NCBI GenBank assembly: GCA_002269645.1
Contig: NIVC01005267.1
Coordinates: 1 to 11,799, forward strand
Direction of reading: 5' to 3'
Source: Macrostomum lignano
Taxonomy: Eukaryota
DNA length: 11,799 bases
Of this stretch, positions 1-8,052 are shown piece by piece. How positions within the stretch are numbered: position 1 is the first letter of the stretch; every line of letters begins with the position of its first letter. Both the position numbers and the translations under genes were made by a program. A model generated the notes under the pieces. The model ran no database searches. It was not told where the DNA came from and saw nothing but the letters and a program-made list of their open reading frames with translations.

Positions 1-1
1 C

Positions 2-1333
2 TCGCATCTCGACGGCACCGTTGCCCACAAGCTTGGCCTCAAACCCACCAAGAGACTCTCGATAGCCACCTCCACCTTCCACTCAGAGTCCAGGCGTCAG
101 ATAACGGCGGACCTCGTCAGTTTCGACCTCCAGGCCCCAGACGGTCGTCGCTGGCCAATCACAGCCCTCGCCTCCGACCAGCTAGCAGCCCCGATCCAAA
201 TACCGGCCGTAAAGCTCCCTGAAGATATCCTTAACACCCTGGGCAGTGTCAACAACGGCGTCTGCAACCTCCCGCCCGACCACGATACAGACGGTACCCT
301 CGACCTCATCCTCGGTGGTGACGTGAACCAGTTACTCACCGGTCCTGCAGTTTCTGCCCTCGCTCTTCGACCAACTCTAACGGCCTACCTGACGCCCTTC
401 GGAGCTATCCTCAACGGTGCCATCAACGACACGGGTGCCCACAGCATCAACAGCTTCCTCGGGTCCTCTCAGGCCTCTCAGGTTCTCGTCGCTAACACCT
501 ACCTCAAAATCAACAACGACAACCTTCACCTCGACCGACTCCTGGACCACATGTCCAACCTCGAAGCTCTCGGCATAGCAAAGGATGTTGGAAGGCCGGA
601 CCCCAAGGACGACAGGCTCACTAAGCACCTGCTCGACACCATCACGCGTGATTCTGATGGTCGAATCTCAGTCGACTTGCCATTTAAAATCAGCGCTGAA
701 CTGCTGCCATCAAACTTCGAGCAAGCCTTAGGACGAGCGCAGGCCACGCACCGGCGACTAAGCCTCCCGGAGCGAGAAGCCTACTACGCCGAGTTCGAAA
801 AACGGAAAGCCGAAGGAGTCTTAGAGCGAGTCGACCCCAAGCGAGACAACAACGGGCAGATCCTTCACGTTCTACCGCACTTCCCTGTCATCAAGGAAAG
901 CTCGAATACCACAAAAATTCGCCCCGTTGTCGACGCATCAGCGAAGACCTCTCTTGCCGGCGCTACGCTCAATGATTTTCTAGAGCCTGGACCAAACCTG
1001 TTGACCTCTCTACTCCAAGACCTTTTAGTCCATCGCGCCCACCGCTTCGCCATCTCGTCCGACTTCCAAGCTGCGTTCTATCAGATCGGGGTCAATGAAC
1101 GCCATCGAGACGCTCTACGTATCATTGTCCCAAGAGACATCTCTCAACCGCTCATCGACGGCAACTTTGAAATATGGCGCCTCACCCGCATCGTCATGGG
1201 TGCTTCTCCCAGCCCGTGGATCCTTCTCGCAGTCCTGCACAAGATTTGTCTCGACGCTCTTAACTCCGGAGAAACATTTCTGACTCGTACCGAGATCGAA
1301 CGCGTCATAGGTGGTCTCTACTTCGACAATCTA
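2..1333 (+). pseudogene. pol: pol segment 1: C-terminal part of aspartic protease (DUF1758-like) plus reverse transcriptase core
   Basis: Frame +2 is open from base 2 (SHLDGTVAHKLGLKP...DLILGGD...TPFGAILNG) into RT (SSDFQAAFYQI...RIVMGASPSPW...LYFDNL). The protease catalytic motif would lie just upstream of the window. The ORF-track start at 323 is only an internal GTG. Confidence 0.93.
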
Positions 1334-1335
1334 GA

Positions 1336-1743
1336 ATCGTCGGAACCGACACTGAGGAGGACGCCGCCCGACTAGTCCGTGGACTTCGCGAGCTCTTCCG
1401 GCAAGCCTGCTTTCATCTTCGCGAGTTTGCCACAAACCTGCCCAACTGCCTCTCCACGATTCCCAATGAGGATTGCATCCGCAGCCACAAAGTCGGCCTT
1501 CTGGGTCTCACCTGGGCCACCAACGCAGACCGCATCACCCTTAAGAAGCCCAACCTGCCACGCCCAGAGGAACTGACCCGCCGAAAGCTATGCCAAGGTG
1601 TCCACACCCCCTACGACCCAGCCGGTTACGCCGCTCCACTCATACTCAGCGGTCGTCTTCTATACCGCCTCGCTTTCCAAGCCACCGATCACTGGGACGA
1701 GATCGCCAGCTCTGAAATCAGAGACGCCTGGGCAAAGCTCGCA
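1336..1743 (+). pseudogene. pol: pol segment 2: RT C-terminal part and connection (start of Peptidase_A17-like region)
   Basis: Frame +1, not in the ORF track: IVGTDTEEDAARLVRGLRELFRQACFHLREFATN...KVGLLGLTW...LTRRKLCQGVHTPYDPAGYAAP...HWDE...AWAKLA. Removing the 2 nt at 1334-1335 gives YFDNLIVGTDT. Confidence 0.9.
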
Positions 1744-1745
1744 CA

Positions 1746-1988
1746 GATTTTCTCCGCCTCAACGAAGTCACCGTGCCGCGCTTCGCCATTCAGGACGCCA
1801 GCTACTCAGTTCGTCTCGTTATTTTATCTGACGGTGCTCCTGGGGCCTATGGTTTTGCCATCTACGCCTGGCAGTGCGTCGGTTCCAGCGTCTACTGCCG
1901 TCTCATCTTCGCTAAAGCTCGACTCGCCCCAGCCACCAAGCAAGGCCTCCTTGTCACGGTTCCGCGACTCGAACTCTGGGCAGCCCTC
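1746..1988 (+). pseudogene. pol: pol segment 3: RNase H, N-terminal part
   Basis: Frame +3: DFLRLNEVTVPRF...LVILSDGAPGAYGFAIY...LIFAKARLAP...TVPRLELWAAL, matching the Bel/Pao pattern F-x-DAS-x2-AYG / AK-x-R-x-AP / PRLEL. Frameshifts at about 1745 and 1989. Confidence 0.9.
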
Positions 1989-2030
1989 AGTCATCCTCGA
2001 CGCAATGCGCAGCCACTTGCAGTTCGAAGG

Positions 2031-2389
2031 GGGGCGTAGCCCAGCGGTAGCGCAGCTGCTCTGGTGTGCCAGCGACCCAGGCTCGATTCCAAGTGCAGTC
2101 ACATTAATTTGGGGCTGAATTGGAATCTCGGCTTGGCTCTGCTCGTGCAATTAACGGCCTTGAGAGCCAACCCCCCAAGGCGCAGTGAAGTGTACATGCC
2201 TAACGATAATATAAAATTAGGCCGCTGTACACTCCTGTGTGAGTGTGTGCCTGTGTACGTATCCGCGCGCTTGTGTGCCTGCTCAGGGGAGTCGGTGGAA
2301 TGGGCAGTAATGCCTCTCGCCGGTTGGGTGCCTATGTCGCTTAAAGTGCGCCAGGGTGCACACAACCCCCCTGCCTCTAATAAAAAAAA
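2031..2389 (+). mobile_element. tRNA-derived SINE, 359 bp, with A-rich tail and 13-bp target-site duplication
   Basis: Exact direct repeat TGCAGTTCGAAGG at 2018-2030 and 2390-2402. Pol III A box TAGCCCAGCGG (2037-2047) and B box GGCTCGATTCC (2080-2090). Tail AATAAAAAAAA (2379-2389). No T4 terminator inside. Removal restores the pol frame. Confidence 0.92.
2037..2090 (+). promoter_or_regulatory. Type-2 internal RNA polymerase III promoter (A and B boxes) of the SINE
   Basis: The A box matches TRGCNNARYGG exactly. The B box has one mismatch to GGTTCGANNCC. The 32-nt spacing is tRNA-like. Confidence 0.8.
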
Positions 2390-3199
2390 TGCAGTTCGAA
2401 GGCGTCACCCACTTCATCGACAGCCAGATCGTCCTCTACTGGCTTGCCAACGGTACCAAACTCCGAGACTACGAGGCACGTCGCATTCAGCAGATTCTCG
2501 ATTCTGACGTCACTCGTGATTACCGGTACGTCCCAACAGCCGATAACCCAGCCGACCACTGTACCAAACCGCTGAGCCTTGATCGACTATTAGCGTCCAA
2601 CTTCTACGAGGGCCCCGCCTTCCTTAAGCGGCCGTTTCTCGATTGGCCTTCCTGGACCGCTGCGGCGCCTGACCCTTGCCTTCTAGTCGGTGTCCCTGCT
2701 AGGAAGAAGCCTACAGCACTCGGCGCTACTCTAGTCGCTGCTGGATCTACTGCCTGTGCCACGCCTGGCCACCTGAGCCTCGAGCGCTCCAACCGCCTTG
2801 AACACATTCTCGGCGTCACCTGCTATCTCCTCCGACTGAAGGCCTACATCCAACGCCGCCCATTCTCGAAAGACTTCCCGCCTTCTCACGCCGAGCGCCA
2901 GGCGGCCCTTCTCCTGTGGATCCGAGCAGCCCAAACTGTGTGCTACGGGGCCCTCATCCGAGCCCTCGAGTCTGGCCGGTCCAAGTCTGAGAAGATCGTC
3001 GCCCAGCTGGATCTTCATCTTTGCGACGGCTTCATCCGCCTCCGCAGCCGCTTTGCCAACGCTTCCATGGACGAGGACTCCAAGTACCCGCTCCTGCTGC
3101 CGCCCGGCCATCCCCTGACCCGGCTGCTCATCCTGCTCATCCATCGCCAGAACAGCCACGCCGGTGCCTCCACCGTTCTCGCCATGCTCCGCGACAAAT

Positions 3200-4168
3200 T
3201 GGGTGCCTAAAGGCCTCCTAACCGTCCGTGATGCGCTCTCCGACTGTATCCAGTGCCGCCTCGCCAAAGGCTCAACTCGCGCGCCGCCCGCACATGGCCA
3301 ACTGCCCAAGGAGCGCCTAGACACCGAAGCTGGTCCATTTGCTTCCGTACTCGTCGACCAGCTCGGGCCCGTCTTCACCTACGACCATAAGCTCGGAGTC
3401 TCCACCAAGCGCTGGGCCCTGCTCATCACCTGCTGCACTACGAGAGCCCTCCACATCGAGATCCTCTACGACTACTCCGCTGACGCCGTCCTCCACGCAT
3501 TCGAGCGCTTCTGGTGCCGCCGCGGTCTCACCAACTGCACTGTCTACCTTGACCAGGCCACCGCCTTCCAAGCCGCAGGAAAGTTCATCGAAAGCCACAT
3601 CGCCACCGACTTCCAAAAAAAGCTCCACAACAACCTTCGGCCACTCGCCGCCTCGCTACCCCTGGTGTTTAAGTTCGCGCCAGCCCGAGCTCACTGACAC
3701 CAAGGGGCGGTCGAGCGCCTCGTCGCCCTCACGAAGTCCAGCCTTCGTCCCGCCCTCTGGCGCAAGCGCATCTCCGATGAGGAACTGCACACTCTCCTCG
3801 TCAAAATCGAGGCCATCCTCAACTGCCGGCCGCTGACCACTGTCTCCAACGACCCGGCCGATCCGTCACCGCTGACTCCGGCTCACCTCCTCGGGGTTGG
3901 CCCTCACCTGTTACTTCCGGTCCACGACGACACCTTCCTGCCTGCCGGTACTTCCACTGCTGACCGCCTCCGAGCTCTTCATCACCGCCGCGATGCCATC
4001 CTCAACGAGTTCTGGGGCCGGTAGAGACAGGAGTACATCAGCCATCTCCGGTCTGTCCATCTACAAGAACGACGTCGCCACAGACAGCACACCAGCGACG
4101 GCAGCAGCTTTCAAACCGGCCAAGCCTGTCTGCTGGTTGAACCTACGCCTCGAGCGACATGGAAAGTG
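3200..4168 (+). pseudogene. pol: pol segment 5: integrase (CxxC, DDE core, start of DUF5641-like domain) with two in-frame stops
   Basis: Frame +2: WVPKG...CIQC...VLVDQLGP...YLDQATAF...RAH*HQGAVERLV...ILNCRPLT...LTPAHLL...FWGR*RQEY...TWKV. The stops TGA 3695-3697 and TAG 4022-4024 sit where Trp (TGG) is expected. Confidence 0.92.
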
Positions 4169-4169
4169 C

Positions 4170-4433
4170 CGGATTCTGCAGCTGCATCCGGACCCAACCG
4201 GTGTCGTCCGCTATGTGACCATCCGCACCGTATCTGGCCACGATGTCCGGCGATCCATCGGACACCTCGTACCCCTCGAGTGCGACATCAACGGCCCAGC
4301 TGCCGACCCACCTGCCGGCCCGCCTACCGGTCCGCCTGCTAGTCCACCTGTTGGCCCGCCGACTGGCCAATCACCCCGCGACAAGCGCGCCATACGCCGG
4401 CAAAAAATCCGTGACGGAATTTTCGACGCCTGA
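4170..4433 (+). pseudogene. pol: pol segment 6: integrase C-terminal domain and Pro-rich tail up to the natural stop
   Basis: Frame +3: RILQLHPDPTGVVRYVTIRTVSGHDVRRSIGHLVPLECD...FDA*, matching the Bel/Pao pattern G-x-I...DG-x-VR...R...L-x-PLE. Frameshift at about 4169. Confidence 0.88.
4296..4372 (+). repeat. Degenerate 12-bp coding repeat (PPAG/PPTG/PPAS/PPVG/PPTG) in the pol tail
   Basis: Translation DPPAGPPTGPPASPPVGPPTGQSP, about five 4-aa units. Confidence 0.7.
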
Positions 4434-4551
4434 ACTGAACTAAATAACCTAATACTCACAGTCACAAGTTAATCCGTTCTGTTTTACCAGTTTTACTGTT
4501 TTACCGTTCAAAATCCCCGCTATCTATCGTTACCTGTTGGCCCCCCCAGCC

Positions 4552-5128
4552 TGTCGGATTTCCATCCTCCAATTATTTTTACTTTCTGTTTTGCAATTCA
4601 GCCTTGTACTTTTCAGTTAGCCGACTCCCTTCGTCTACCATGCTCTTCCCCACAGACAATCTCAATCGTTAATTCACCATAGATTATACAACTAACCTGT
4701 TCATTCTGTTAGTATAAATGTACAAGTTAAACTCGCGGCTTAAGCCCTTCACCTCCTTCCTTTCTGCACCACTAATCGCATATTATTAGTTATTAGTTTA
4801 TTGTCTATTCGACACCCTTGGCTCAGTCAAGGAGGCTTCTAATTTCTGATTTCAGTGTTCTCTAAGTGCTTTGTCTGTCTGAACTAGAACGCCCGTTCTG
4901 TCTGCGTACGTTAATTCATTGCTATTGATCTGACCGACCCATCTGAAGACAAACCCCAAGCCTGCGAGAGGCTAGCACAGCCCCTCCCTTCCACCCACCA
5001 AGCCAGGCAGGATCTGCTAACGAGACGCCTTGTACGTTAAGCTGCAAATCTGCACGTTATTTCGTCCCGACGGAGACTCACCTCACCGAAGGCGGAGACC
5101 CAACGGACTGGTGGCAGCACTACCGACG
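4552..5128 (+). repeat. Probable 3' LTR (right end uncertain)
   Basis: Starts TGTCGGATTT about 120 nt after the pol stop, with TATAAAT at 4713-4719. Candidate inverted ends are TTCGACA (4808-4814) and CCGACG (5123-5128), each one mismatch from the reverse complement of the start. No partner LTR is in the window to confirm. Confidence 0.6.
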
Positions 5129-5475
5129 CTGCTAATAGCTAATAAGAAGGCTTCCGAGAAGAGGCTCGAGATTTAAAGTAAAGCTTAAGTGCCTGCAAAT
5201 CGGGAAGCAAACAGCCTGTACTTCAATTGGAAGGGTGGCGTACGTATAGGGGGTGAACAATCGACACAGAAGTGTGGAAATAAAATTTAGAGTGCGAGAG
5301 TGGATAAAATACAATGCTGTGGCGGTGCGCATAAAGTCAGCAACCAGCTGGAATGCATCAACAGCTGCCGAGACACTCCGGTCCCCCTGCCCGACTGACC
5401 CTCTCTCAGAACAAAAGTTTGCTCCGTTCCCAAAGCCGTGTCGCACCCTAAAGAAGCGTAGAGAGGCAGCTCACG

Positions 5476-6035
5476 ATGACAGCTCCTACGGGGCGACGAT
5501 CTCGATTGCTCTTCTTGCCATTTTGTTCTGCTGTTAGCACGGTCTGGCTCAGCAGAGCCTCGTGTACTTGTTCGGTGTCGGAAGATCTGGCCCTGGGTCG
5601 AGTGCGGCTCCCTCGCCTTCGCTCCTACAGAACTGACAGCTGGTGTGGGGCTGATGCACATTCTGCTCCTACAGAACTGACAGCTGGTGTGGGTGCTGAT
5701 GCACAGTCTGCTCCTACAGAACTGACAGCTGGTGTGGGGCTGATGCACAGTCTGCTCCTACAGAACTGACAGCTGGTGTGGGTGCTGATGCACAGTCTGC
5801 TCCTACAGAACTGACAGCTGGTGTGGGTGCTGATGCACAGTCTGCTCCTACAGAACTGACAGCTGGTGTGGGTGCTGATGCACAGTCTGCTCCTACAGAA
5901 CTGACAGCTGGTGTGGGTGCTGATGCACAGTCTGCTCCTACAGAACTGACAGCTGGTGTGGGTGCTGATGCACAGTCTGCTCCTACAGAACTGACAGCTG
6001 GTGTGGGTGCTGAACTCCGGACACAAGGGTCTTGA
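5476..6035 (+). CDS. Putative secreted repeat-containing peptide precursor (187 aa after four +1 corrections); speculative
   Basis: Stitching frames 1-3-2-1-3 gives MTAPTGATISIALLAIFVLLLARSGSA-EPRVLVRCRKIWPWVECGSLAF-(APTELTAGVGADAQS)x8-APTELTAGVGAELRTQGS*. ATTAAA occurs at 6068 and 6074 after the stop. Not a single ORF in the sequence as given. Confidence 0.35.
5621..6013. repeat. 45-bp tandem repeat, 8 full copies plus 1 partial
   Basis: Unit GCTCCTACAGAACTGACAGCTGGTGTGGGTGCTGATGCACAGTCT starting at 5621, 5665, 5710, 5754, 5799, 5844, 5889, 5934 and 5979. Units 1 and 3 are 44 bp (missing one T); the rest are identical. Confidence 0.98.
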
Positions 6036-6534
6036 TCAAGCAAACTGTTTGGTTTGAAAGTCATCCAATTAAAATTAAAAAGGAACTTAGGGTGGCCACA
6101 GCCGTCCTGCGAGTATTATGATCACCTTATTGGCAAGTGGGTTATAAAATAATATTATATTTAAGGCCGAGCAACTTCAAGGAAAAAAACGGCCAGGGAA
6201 ACTTCTAAGAAGTGTCAAGCGGCCTGCTTTCTGTATATTTTACCGATAAAAATCAGAAGTATACAGTATTTTATCAATAAGCCATTGTGTGCCTTGCTGT
6301 CTTTTTTACCGAGTCATTCACGCGTGTGGTGCTAAATTACATGTAGAGCATGTCTTTGTACGCATTTTCTACGCTTGCGACACTTACAAATACTACAAAG
6401 CGAAAAATAATAGAGTAAAATGTCAACTATGCTACTGAAAATCACTGTCAGTAGTTTACTGGGCGAGTTGTTTTCACCAAACTGTTAAAAAAGACAATTC
6501 AAGACTCCACATTAATTTAATTGTCTCGACGAAA

Positions 6535-6681
6535 TCAGACCATCGACTTGGACTTGTCGATTCTGACCCGACGTGTCAGGTAAAACCAGGCGACGGAGGA
6601 GGCCAGGTACAGCAAAGCCGACACCCAGGAGGTGGCCACCGACCAGCCGATGGACACGGTGCGGTAGGTGTCAGTGCAAAA
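6535..6681 (-). CDS. Terminal coding exon of a PMP22/EMP/claudin-superfamily membrane protein (TM4 and tail)
   Basis: Acceptor ccgctctgccattcgccag| in phase 0, then FCTDTYRTVSIGWSVATSWVSALLYLASSVAWFYLTRRVRIDKSKSMV*. GWS-x4-W precedes a hydrophobic helix as in claudin-clan TM4, and the C-terminus S-M-V fits a class I PDZ-binding motif. Not in the ORF track. Confidence 0.82.
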   Translation of the reverse strand, partial: FCTDTYRTVSIGWSVATSWVSALLYLASSVAWFYLTRRVRIDKSKSMV

Positions 6682-6761
6682 CTGGCGAATGGCAGAGCGG
6701 AATTTTACAGAGAATCAATTTCCGGTTCAGGGACTTAAAAATATACGAGTAATTACCATGT

Positions 6762-7585
6762 AGATAAACTGGAAGTGGATAAACAGGCATCACTGAGATC
6801 AACCGGAAGTGGATAAACAGGCGTCACGGAGATAAACCGGAAGGGATAAACAGGCATCACTGAGATAAACCGGAAGTGGATAAACAGGCATCACAGAGAT
6901 AAACCGGAAGTGGATAAACAGGCATCACTGAGATAAACCGGAAGTGGATAAACAGGCATCACTGAGATAAACCGGAAGTGGATAAACAGGCGTAACGGAG
7001 ACAAACCGGAAGTGGATAAACAGGCATCACTGAGATAAACTGGAAGTGGATAAACAGGCATCACTGAGATAAACCGGAAGTGGATAAACAGGCATCACTG
7101 AGAAAAACCGGAAGTGGATAAACAGGCGTAACGGAGATAAACCGGAAGTGGATAAACAGGCATCACTGAGATCAACCGGAAGTGGATAAACAGGCGTAAC
7201 GGAGATAAACCGGAAGTGAATAAACAGGCATCACTGAGATAAACCGGAAGTGGATAAACAGGCATCACTGAGATAAACCGGAAGTGAATAAACAGGCGTC
7301 ACGGAGATAAACCGGAGGTGGATAAACAGGCGTCACGGAGATAAACCGGAGGTGGATAAACAGGCGTCACGGAGATAAACCGGAAGTGAATAAACAGGCG
7401 TCACGGAGATAAACCGGAAGTGGATAAACAGGCGTCACGGAGATAAACCGGAAGTGGATAAACAGGCGTCACGGAGATAAACCGGAAGTGGATAAACAGG
7501 CGTCACGGAGATAAACCGGAAGTGGATAAACAGGCGTCACGGAGATAAACCGGAAGTGAATAAACAGGCGTCATTGAGATTAACC
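6762..7585. repeat. 34-bp intronic minisatellite, about 24 copies
   Basis: Unit GAGATAAACCGGAAGTGGATAAACAGGC(A/G)TCAC(T/G), period measured as 6904 to 6938. The GCATCACTG variant dominates on the left; GCGTCACGG is used from about 7295 onward. Confidence 0.98.
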
Positions 7586-8052
7586 TAGCATTTATCAGGA
7601 TTAATAAACATGGAGAAGCCTTGAAGCTTCAGCACGTACTTTTATTTTACTTAATTGGTTAACTTCTGTACCTGTCCTCTTGTCTGCTCAGTGGCTGTGC
7701 AAGCATCGCATATTTATTGACTGAATAGTTGCACAAATAAAATCTGCTGCAAAGGGGCCACGCCTTACGAATACAAAAATAGAGCTTTCTTTGAGTCTTG
7801 GCTTACTATATATATAATCTTTTCTATAGTTGGGGCAGTACTTCAAAGAACAGTCAATTTTTAGTAACGATAGGAATCGGTTAAGACAGATCGATGACGA
7901 ATTACAAAGTTTTTTTAGGATTGTAATTGATAGTGTTTATTGCTTGTAGAGTACGAGCTGCAAGCAAAGGTTCATGCAGTTAAGTACTCCTATAGTTACT
8001 GTTTTAACTAAATGGAAAACTCTTTATATATTACAGTAATAAACCCATACGA

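Larger units (their letters stand above)
1990..3198 (+). pseudogene. pol: pol segment 4: RNase H C-terminal part, linker and integrase zinc-finger His pair, interrupted by a SINE at 2031-2389
   Basis: Frame +1 on both sides of the insertion. Excising 372 nt (insert plus one TSD copy) gives VILDAMRSHLQFEGVTHFIDSQIVLYWL...YVPTADNPADH...EGPAFL...DGFIRLRSRF...KYPLLLPPGHPLTRLLILLIHRQNSHAG...LRDK. Confidence 0.92.
1..5128 (+). mobile_element. Bel/Pao-type LTR retrotransposon, 3' half, inactivated (5' part off-window; 3' boundary uncertain, 4814 or ~5128)
   Basis: Domain order PR-RT-RH-IN with Bel/Pao-typical motifs: LPHFPVIKESSNTTKIRPVVDASAK, LNDFLEPGPNL, YFDN, YDPAG, PRLEL, DNPAD, LILLIH-x3-SHAG...CIQC, ERLV, LNCRPLT, LTPAHLL, FWGR*RQEY, HLVPLE. 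Followed by an AT-richer LTR-like segment starting TGT. Confidence 0.95.

Noticed and set aside
2030-2100. Functional tRNA gene
   Set aside because: A and B boxes are present, but the 5' GGGGGCG has no complementary 3' acceptor strand and the arms pair poorly. It is the head of a TSD-flanked SINE.
2031-2389. Assignment of the SINE to V-SINEs
   Set aside because: The head and a short 3' stretch loosely recall V-SINE sequences from memory, but I cannot find the diagnostic central V domain; a database search is needed.
1334-4169. Programmed ribosomal frameshifting or stop read-through in pol
   Set aside because: The lesions fall inside RT, RNase H and integrase rather than at a gag-pol junction, lack obvious slippery heptamers, and are too numerous.
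97-4465. Alternative-frame and antisense ORFs overlapping pol (for example 2064-2507, 2731-3378, 3339-3836)
   Set aside because: They are shadows of GC-rich pol codons or run across the SINE, and show no recognisable motifs.
5109-5118. TGGTGGCAGC as a tRNA-Leu-type primer-binding site, implying a tandem element or a 5' LTR
   Set aside because: It is only a 10-nt match, is not preceded by an LTR-terminal CA, and no gag-like sequence follows.
5132-5537. ORFs 5253-5537 (+) and 5132-5446 (-) as genes
   Set aside because: No recognisable domain. Only the hydrophobic end of 5253-5537 is informative, and it is better explained as part of the rebuilt signal peptide.
5287-6064. Minus-strand ORFs across the 45-bp repeat
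   Set aside because: They are open only because the unit lacks stops in those frames; there is no plausible start context or non-repeat domain.
6762-7585. CRISPR array (34-bp period); the other arrays likewise
   Set aside because: Units are head-to-tail with no unique spacers, no cas genes are present, and the context is a spliceosomal intron.
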